Assembly (NCBI GenBank): GCA_028823345.1
Contig: JAPKBR010000009.1
Span: 26,551-90,550 of the forward strand
Length of the DNA stretch: 64,000 bases
From: Planctomycetota bacterium
GTDB taxonomy: Bacteria > Planctomycetota > UBA1135 > GCA-002686595
Direction: 5' to 3'
Part shown: piece by piece, positions 56,684-64,000 of the stretch
Layout: each line of letters starts with the position of its first letter
Numbering within the stretch: position 1 is the first letter of the stretch
Notes under the pieces: model-generated
Told to the model about the DNA's origin: nothing
What the model saw: only the letters and a program-made list of their open reading frames with translations
Databases searched by the model: none
Made by a program: the position numbers and the translations under genes

Positions 56684-57682
56684 ATGTCCAAAGGCGCGAC
56701 CCAAACAAATCGGGTGAATCAGGCGATCGAAGTGATTCGTATCGAAGCGGAGGCGATCAGCAACCTCGCGGAGAGTCTCCGCGCGGGGGGCTCGGAGGGT
56801 TTTGATCGGGCCGTGACCGCCATCCTGGCCTGCTCCGGGCAGGTGGTTGTGACCGGCATGGGCAAGGCTGGCCTCGTGGGCCAAAAAATCTCAGCGACCT
56901 TGGCATCCACCGGCACGCCGTCCCTGTTCTTACACCCGGCCGAGGCGTTGCACGGCGACCTTGGGCGCATTCGCTCGGGGGATGTGCTTTTGGCCCTGTC
57001 AAATTCTGGAGAGACCAACGAGGTCAACGGCCTGGTGCCGGTGGCGCGCCGGATCGGGGCCAGCGTTTTTGCTCTCACGGGCCGTGAGGACTCGACCCTT
57101 GGAAGCCTTGCGGACGGCATTCTGGGGATTGGTCGCATCGAGGAGGCTTGCCCTCTGAAGCTTGCGCCCACTGCATCTACCACCGCCATGCTTGTTCTCG
57201 GGGATGCGCTTGCCATGGTCGTCCTAGAGGAGCGGGGCTTTCAACGCACGGACTATGCCCAGTTCCATCCGGCGGGCTCCCTCGGGCGGCGCTTGATGAG
57301 CATCTCTGAGGTCATGCGCAAGGGCAAGGAGCTCCCCGTGGTCAAGAGCGGCGCGAGCATTCTGGATGTGCTCCGCATGACGAGTGAAACACCTGGCCGT
57401 CCCGGTGCTGCGTTGGTGCTCAACCCGGACGGCAGCCTAGCCGGCATCTTCACCGATGGCGACCTGCGCCGGGTGATCGAACAAAACGGGTCCAGTGCCT
57501 TGGAGGATCCCGTGGACGACCACATGGGCCGAAACCCCAAGTCCCTGTTGCCGGATCAACTGGCCGAGGAGGCCATGCGCCTTTTTGCCGAGCACCGCAT
57601 CGACCAAGCACCGGTTTTGGACTCCAACAATCACCCACTGGGGCTTGTGGACATTCAAGACCTTATGGATCTAGGAATCTAG
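56684..57682 (+). CDS. kdsD: Arabinose-5-phosphate isomerase (KdsD/KpsF; SIS plus CBS pair)
   Basis: VVVTGMGKAG, ALSNSGET, and a C-terminal CBS pair. The ATG at 56684 is preferred over the TTG at 56666. Confidence 0.9.
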   Translation: MSKGATQTNRVNQAIEVIRIEAEAISNLAESLRAGGSEGFDRAVTAILACSGQVVVTGMGKAGLVGQKISATLASTGTPSLFLHPAEALHGDLGRIRSGDVLLALSNSGETNEVNGLVPVARRIGASVFALTGREDSTLGSLADGILGIGRIEEACPLKLAPTASTTAMLVLGDALAMVVLEERGFQRTDYAQFHPAGSLGRRLMSISEVMRKGKELPVVKSGASILDVLRMTSETPGRPGAALVLNPDGSLAGIFTDGDLRRVIEQNGSSALEDPVDDHMGRNPKSLLPDQLAEEAMRLFAEHRIDQAPVLDSNNHPLGLVDIQDLMDLGI

Positions 57683-57691
57683 AGGGTACCT

Positions 57692-58231
57692 ATGGCGCTT
57701 CAATTAACTCCCGAGCTGACAGAGCGCCTAGCCCAGGTGCGGCTTGTGGCCTTGGATGTGGATGGGACCTTGACTGACGGATCCGTCATCTATGGGGACG
57801 ACGGACAAGAGGTGCGTTTTGATGTGCGTGACGGCCAAGGTATGGTTTGGCTCGTGCGTGAGCTGAGCCTTGAGCTGGCCTGGATCACGGGTCGTGGATG
57901 CCTCGCAGTGGAGCGCCGCGCGGCGGAATTGGGCGTGAAGCACCTGGAAATGCACTCGGGTCCAAAGGCGGAGGTCTTGCGGTCTTTGCAGGAACGTCTC
58001 GGGGTCACGCCCGCAGAGACATTGGCTATGGGAGACGATCTTCCAGACCTTGGGCTTGCCTCAAGGGCAGGGATTTTCTGCGCGCCAGCTGATGCGCGTG
58101 AGGAGGTTCGCGCGGCCGCAACTTGGGTCACAGATTCCCCCGGTGGCCGGGGTGCCCTTCGCGAAGTGGCCGAGGAGCTGCTCCGGGCGAGAGGCTGCTG
58201 GGAGGACCTCGTGTCCCGCGCAAGGAAATGA
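57692..58231 (+). CDS. kdsC: 3-deoxy-D-manno-octulosonate 8-phosphate phosphatase (HAD, YrbI family)
   Basis: LDVDGTLTDG, DVRDGQG, GDDLPD, and GGRGALREV. Confidence 0.9.
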   Translation: MALQLTPELTERLAQVRLVALDVDGTLTDGSVIYGDDGQEVRFDVRDGQGMVWLVRELSLELAWITGRGCLAVERRAAELGVKHLEMHSGPKAEVLRSLQERLGVTPAETLAMGDDLPDLGLASRAGIFCAPADAREEVRAAATWVTDSPGGRGALREVAEELLRARGCWEDLVSRARK

Positions 58232-61200
58232 GACGGGCGCTCCTCTTTATCTTGCTCTTCGGCGGCGGAATGGTGCTGCTGGTAATGTTCGACCGCCTCA
58301 ATCGGGAGCCGGCGAATCATACGCCAGCGGGGCAGGAAATCCCCCTGGATGGAGCATTGGTGGATACTCAGACGGTGGAGGTTTCGGGCTACACAAAGAT
58401 GGAATTCTTTGATGCGGAAACAGGCTTGGTATTCCGTGAGTTTGAGGCTTCCGACCTGCAGCCGAAAGGGCAGGGTATGGTGCGCCCCTATCTGGCCACA
58501 GGCTTGACGATACTTGAGTATGTGCAAGGAAGCGGGGACTTGCTCCGGCGTGTAGATGCGGAGTCGGCGGACCTTGTATTGGACCTTGGCGGCGGCCTTG
58601 GCGGCCCTCAGCTTGGGGGCGGATCAAAAATTCAGTTGCACCAAGTGCGTCTGGAGCAACTGCGCGACTTGCCCCAGGCGCCCCTGACGGTGACGGCGCC
58701 AGAGATCCTCGCGGAATTGGACTCGCAGATCTACAGGGCCGATAACGAGCATCAGGTCAAGGTGGTGGGCGAAGGCCTCACGGCAGAAGGGAGCGGACTG
58801 TTTTTTGACGCGCGTGCGGGTCACCTGGAATTCCCCATGGGGGGCACCGTGGATTTGCTGCGAACGGGAGTTCGCCGCGGAGTCTTGTCCACAGCCGTGG
58901 GCACTCCCCTTGTCTTGAAGCAACAGGACGGCGAGCGGGGAGAGCGCTTTGAGATCACCGCCGATGGGCCTTCGGTCCTGGTTTTAGTTCAAGGACAAGA
59001 GCTCCAGTTGGATGCTGAATATTTGCATGTGGAGACGCGCGTGGGCGAGTCGGGGGTGGAGGTGAGCCGCATTATTGCCCGGGGCCCCACGGTGGTGACC
59101 CGTGGTGCGGACCGCTTTGGCGGCATCGATGCCACCGTCCAGTTTGAGCCCGATGGTTCTGTCCGTTTTGAAGTGGCAAGCAAGCCCTGGTTCTCTCTTG
59201 GTGATGGAGCCACACCAGATGCTCCGGCCTTGGTCACAATGACCGGAGAAGGAGTGTTGTGGGCGGTGGACGGTCCGGACGAGCTGCTTTTCGGGTTGGA
59301 TGGGGAGGGCGAGATTGCCGGGCCAGAGGGGTCGCGGCTTGAGGCCCAAGATGGGTTTACCGGCACGCTGGCGGCAGACCGGGGTTCGGTGGATTTGGAC
59401 TTGCATGGGGAGGTGTTCATGGGTCAGGCGGGGCTGGAGATCTTCACGAGCAACGCGCACTTAGTTTTGATGGGCGGTGACGAGCTGGAGCTCAGGCTCC
59501 AGACCGGCGAGCCCTTGCAGATAATCTCGAACGCTGGGGGAGAACCGACCGGAGCGCTCACCGCCGTGGGCGGGGCGGATCTGATTCTGGAGGAGGGAGA
59601 GGTGCAGGTGATTCATGCTCTTGGGGTACAGGCGGAAACCTTCGGGGGCTTGGAGGGGAGCTTGTCCTGTGATGAACTCAAGAATTTGTCGGCAGACTTC
59701 CTTCATTTTGACGCCAAAGGAAAGGTGTCCTGGCAAACACCCGATGGTTCCGGGTTTGCTGACCGCATGGTTGCTAAGGGGGACCAAATCGAGCTATTCG
59801 GCATACCGGGGCAAAAGGCTCAGCTTGCGTGGCGCGACGAGGGAGCGCAGATCGCAGAATTGGAAGCCATGCGCGTGGTGGCGTCCGCAACTCACGCCGA
59901 GGCGTGGGAGGATGTGCGCGTGGATATTGTTCTGGCCGCATCCCAATTGGGCATGGGGTGTGCTCACACGCGCATCGATCAGGTGGGCCACGACTTTCAC
60001 TGGCGCGCGGAAAAGGTGACCGATGGGCTTTGGACCGAAGGCGAGACGGTCGTTGCCTTGGAGGCCGGAGTCTTAGAGGCAGATTGGAGCCGCATCGAGC
60101 AAGAGGACGGGTCTTTTATCCGTCAGGCCAGCCTGGTGCAAGTGCAAGAGGATGTGCGGGCTCATATAACCCAGGGCAACACCGTGAACGTGCAAGCGGA
60201 CTCCCTGACCATGATACCGGGGCAGAGCATCACGCTTAGTGCTTTGCCTGGAAGACAAATTACCGCGAGAGGATTGTTACCCGCCACGGGTTTTCCATTC
60301 ACTGTTCACGGAACACTAATGGTTGTTCAACAGGACGAGGTCCGGTTGCAGGGGGTGAAGGGTGTGCTTGAGGGTGCGCTCCTGCCCTTGTCCCCCGGCG
60401 CCCCTAAAGGCGCCGACCACCTGCGTGAGAACTCCGATTTCGCAGCAAACCTCTTTGTGTTGACGAGGACCAGCCTTGAGCTTGAGGGAGAGGCCTATCT
60501 TGAGTCCGCTGACCTAGACGGCAACCCCCTGAACCTTACGGCGGATCGAATTTCCAGCGGTTATGACTTACCCCCAGACCAGGCTCGGCCAGGCCCCGCG
60601 AACATTCATTTCATCAACGCAGAGGGCAATGTGCGGGCGGCGTACGGAGGCCTTGCGCGCTTCGAGGCGGATGAACTGCTGGTGGATCACGAGCGAGTGA
60701 TTCTGCGGGGAAGTCCGCTCTTGGCCCGATCGGAGGGCTTTCGTTTTGAAACCACTGAGGCAACCTTTGGATTGGCGGACTATTTGCTCGATGCGGAAGC
60801 CGGCATCATCCGTCAGGGCCCCGCCTGGAGTCTGGCTTTCAGTGGGGCCGCCGGGGTTCGCACCGGCGCAGACCTGATGCAAACGATCAGTGGCCTCGTT
60901 CATGTTAATTTTGATGAAACCTCCCGGGCGGATTACATGTCCATTTGGTTGCACCCATCCCGCTGGAGGGCAATGATCCATGAGCGCCTATGGGGAACCC
61001 CATTGGACTTGGACTATGAGGGTTTGGTCACCGAGGCGCCAGGCCTTCAAGAAACGGAGCTGGTCAACAACACTTTCCAGCGGCTGGCCCGGGGCGAGCT
61101 AGCCTCTTTTGTGCGTGCGTTTCACCTTTGGGGCAGCGTTGAGGTAGCGAGCCAAGGCGTTCGAAGCGCGAGGGCGGAAGAGGCATACCTCGACCTAGAG

Positions 61201-63150
61201 GGCCGCCGCGGCTGGCTTAAGGAAACTGAGCTTGGGTTTGAGATCGAAGTGAGGGGCAAGACGGAGCGCTTGCGTGCATTTGCAGGTCGCTTGGACAGCT
61301 TGCCCTCGGGCGGCCTTGTGGCTTCGGACGCGACCTTGACCGCATGCAATCATGAGATCCCGCACTATGTCATCGAGACCTCGGATCTGCGCCTCGAACC
61401 ACGCGCCGACGGACACTGGAAGTTCGGCGTGAGCGGAAACCGTCTGCGCTTCCCCGGGGGCTTTGGCTTGCCCTTGCCAGGCATCGGCAGCGTCGTGCTG
61501 GACGAAGCTGGCAGTTTCGAGGGATTTGAAGACGAGGACGGCAAGATCCGCACGATTCAGAATATCTTTCTTTCCAGCACAGCTCGATTTGGAACGGCCC
61601 TTGGCACAGAGGGCACCACGGACATTGGATCCCTGGGGCAAAGCGTGGCAACCGTCTTTGGCTTCGACAAGACACAGGCCAGTGGCCAGTGGAAGTACGA
61701 AGGTGCTTGGCTAGGATCTCGCGGCCCGCTCTTAGGCATGGGCTTGCTCCTACGCGAAAACGAAAGCGGACCTAGCAGGGACGACGTCTATTGGCTGAAC
61801 CTCTGGGCGAGGGGTATCCACGATCAAGGCGAGGACCGCGGCGTATTGCGTGTAGAAGACGGCACGGAAAGTGACACACGTTTGTGGTTGAACGCGCGGG
61901 GACGGTATCCCTTCGACAGTCGCCAGTGGATTGATGCGGTGGTCAACTACCAGACCGACCCAGGTGTTCAGTCTGAGTTTTATGAGCGTGAATACCTCGA
62001 TTATGAAGAGAGGGACACTTATCTCCATTGGCGTAAGGCCCGTGATGGGCACTACTTCAGCGCGAAGGTCTCGGACCAGGGCAATAGTTTCCGGAGCGCC
62101 GTGCTCGAAAGGCCCGCCGTCGGGTTCTATCGAGGAGCCGCCGAGGTTGGTCGGGTCCTCGACCACTCGCTGAGTTATTCCGCAAGCGTCGATGCGGCCT
62201 ATCTAGAGAGGCGCGAGGGCGACCTAGATTTTGAACCCGCCTTCTTGGGCTTGGATGGCAACCCTGACGGACTTGGCGACCGTAGGGTGATGAGGGTGGA
62301 CACAATTCACGAGCTCGCCTTGCCCGTAGGTATTGGCGAGAGTGGTATCACCGCAGTTCCGACGCTCGACTTGCAGGCAACCTCATGGGACCGTTCGGTG
62401 AACGACAATAAGACGGTCGGTCGGGCCGGGGTATTTGCCGGACTCGAGATGGGGGGCTCGTGGGCACGTATTTCAGACACGAGCGCCACCTCTATTTCGC
62501 CGTTCATCAGTCACAGGGAACAGCTTTGGATCGACGAAGAGGTGGGGCAAATTGTGCAATTCGATTCCCTCGACCAACCGATTGGCGGGAGCCGCTCGGG
62601 GGTGGGTTTGCGCCTGCGGTGGACGCGTCCGGTTTCGAACGATCGTATGGATTTTGACCTAGGCCTGGAGCGTCTGCACGGGAACCCCCAGAGCGCGGCG
62701 CAATTGGACACTGCCCGGTTTTTAGGCAGCCTGGGGACGACGGCCTTTGGCATACCCATGGGCGTTCGACATGACGGGCGCTATCTGTTTGATGAGGGCG
62801 AAACCGCCTATTCCAAGTCGGTGTTTGCCATCAAGCCGGTGGACTGGTTTGAGTTTCAGTTGGTTCATGACCGGGGCAACCAAGCGAACCTGGACACCCT
62901 CTATGAGGCGATCACCTACCGCGGACGCATAACCCTCGATGCTAAGTGGGAGGTGGATGCGCTGGCTCAACACGCAATCTTTGGCGGAGGATCCCTGCGC
63001 TCAGAACTGCTCCTGCGCCGCATTGGGCACGACTTTATCTTCGAGGTGGGCATCTTTCACCGGGAGGGGGAGGGGTCTGGAATCAAAGTCGACCTTGCGC
63101 CCCTTCTTGGGTGGACCCGTTCCCGGGTTAGCATCTTGTCTCCCCGCTAG
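58228..63150 (+). CDS. lptD: Giant (1640 aa) LptD/OstA-family LPS-assembly protein with an N-terminal membrane anchor and a ~1000-aa periplasmic extension
   Basis: ATGA overlap with kdsC. N-terminal anchor [21 protein letters not shown]. OstA-type motif [23 protein letters not shown]. LptD-like landmarks [38 protein letters not shown] and [17 protein letters not shown]. Beta-rich C-terminus. Confidence 0.55.
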   Translation: [1640 protein letters not shown]

Positions 63151-63176
63151 GTGGGCTAGAGCGCTAGACTGCAGGC

Positions 63177-63662
63177 GTGTTAGGCCTTTTTGGAAACCTA
63201 GATCTTGTGGAGCTGGTGGTCATCGCCGGGGGGGCAATCCTTGTCTTTGGGCGCAGTTTGCCCCAGGTCACCATGCGTGGGGTGACACAAGTGATGAAGC
63301 TCCGGCGTGCGGTGACTCAGATGTGGCGCGATGCGGGCATCGAAGACGAGTTGCGGCGCGTGCGCTGGGACCTCGAGCGGGAAGCTCGCGAGGTGAAGGA
63401 TGTTACGACCCTCGACCAGGTCGAGCCCGCCACCCCCGTGCCAAGCGTCCCGGACTACACGATCACCGAGCGCGAAAATTTAGAGAGCGAGCCCGGGGGT
63501 ACACCCTCGGGTCCTTGGCTCGAAGACCCTTCCAGCGAGGGCCCCTCCGAAGAGGAGGCCCGCGCCCAACAGGGTCATGACGAGGCCGGGCACGATTCAG
63601 ATGAAAAAGAAGTGGCTCAAAGTCCGGACGATGCCGAAGCTGACACCTCCCGCGAGGAATGA
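63177..63662 (+). CDS. Twin-arginine translocase TatA/TatB-family subunit
   Basis: MLGLFGNLDLVELVVIAGGAILVFGRSLPQV (TM segment plus FG..LP hinge), an amphipathic helix, and an acidic tail. GTG start. Confidence 0.7.
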   Translation: MLGLFGNLDLVELVVIAGGAILVFGRSLPQVTMRGVTQVMKLRRAVTQMWRDAGIEDELRRVRWDLEREAREVKDVTTLDQVEPATPVPSVPDYTITERENLESEPGGTPSGPWLEDPSSEGPSEEEARAQQGHDEAGHDSDEKEVAQSPDDAEADTSREE

Positions 63663-63667
63663 CCCCC

Positions 63668-64000
63668 ATGATTCGCTTCGGGTACAACACAAATGGCTTG
63701 GCGCATCATCGCCTGGATGAGGCGCTGACTCTCTTGGGAAACATCGGCTACCAAGCGGTGGCCATCACTCCCGATGTGGGCCAGCTCGATCCTTATCGAT
63801 TGGGCGCGAACGAGGCTGCCCAATTACGCCGGCAGTCGGTGGATCTGGGGCTTGCGCTGACCATCGAAACCGGTGCGCGTTTTCTTTTGGATCCCGCTCA
63901 CAAGCACGATCCGAACCTAATGAACGTCCATAGGGAGGGGCGCGAGCGCAGGGTGGATTACTATCGCCGCTGCATTGACTTGGCGGTCGAGCTGGGCGCT
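63668..64000 (+). CDS. Sugar phosphate isomerase/epimerase (xylose isomerase-like TIM barrel), 3' end cut by the window edge
   Basis: MIRFGYNTNGLAHHRLDEAL... with a typical AP-endonuclease-2/TIM-barrel N-terminus. The frame is open to the window end. Confidence 0.6.
   Translation, partial: MIRFGYNTNGLAHHRLDEALTLLGNIGYQAVAITPDVGQLDPYRLGANEAAQLRRQSVDLGLALTIETGARFLLDPAHKHDPNLMNVHREGRERRVDYYRRCIDLAVELGA

Noticed and set aside
58123-58227. Upstream extension of the giant LptD-like ORF (start at 58123)
   Set aside because: The extension lies entirely inside kdsC and encodes Arg/Gly/Pro-rich sequence. The ATG at 58228 gives a proper basic-hydrophobic N-terminal anchor and an ATGA overlap with the kdsC stop.
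1-64000. Mobile elements, prophage or defence islands, CRISPR arrays, tRNA or rRNA genes
   Set aside because: I saw no transposase, integrase or recombinase-like ORFs. I saw no direct-repeat/spacer arrays other than the parS set. I saw no tRNA-like T-loop/acceptor structures outside CDSs and no rRNA-like segments. The window looks like conserved core chromosome.

Overview
High-GC, gene-dense, origin-proximal chromosome segment of a diderm (LPS-making) bacterium; the phylum cannot be assigned from sequence alone. I recognise about 55 protein genes. I found no rRNA, tRNA, CRISPR array, IS element or prophage. Replication and segregation core: dnaA-dnaN-DUF721(DciA-like)-gyrB, gyrA, parB with five identical parS palindromes in one 0.6-kb non-coding stretch, a distant parA-like gene, scpA and class II RNR nrdJ. 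Envelope genes: gmhA, murJ, DUF374, kdsD-kdsC and a 1640-codon LptD-like gene. Redox and metal genes: feoAB, a CDF transporter, a DsbD-family protein, trxA, and a full bacillithiol set bshC-bshB1-bshA plus a cysteine desulfurase. Housekeeping genes: rpiA, dapF, rnhC, CBS, moeA, hemW, pyrF, fmt, rsmB. Items most worth a second look: (1) the DsbD-family gene has an in-frame TGA exactly at the first Cys of the thioredoxin CxxC motif, with 87 more in-frame codons and downstream hairpins, so it is a probable selenoprotein (UxxC). (2) The gene after kdsD-kdsC looks like an inner-membrane-anchored LptD with a ~1000-aa periplasmic extension, possibly a single-polypeptide LptC/LptA/LptD bridge. (3) The five-site parS array lies next to an orphan parB, while the parA-like gene sits inside the bacillithiol operon and carries a ~215-aa low-complexity tail. 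(4) An HPr domain is fused to an unknown 340-aa domain, divergent from a sigma factor that has no canonical start codon but has a GGGAGG-6 nt-ATC context. All functional calls rest on motif recognition by eye. No database search was run.
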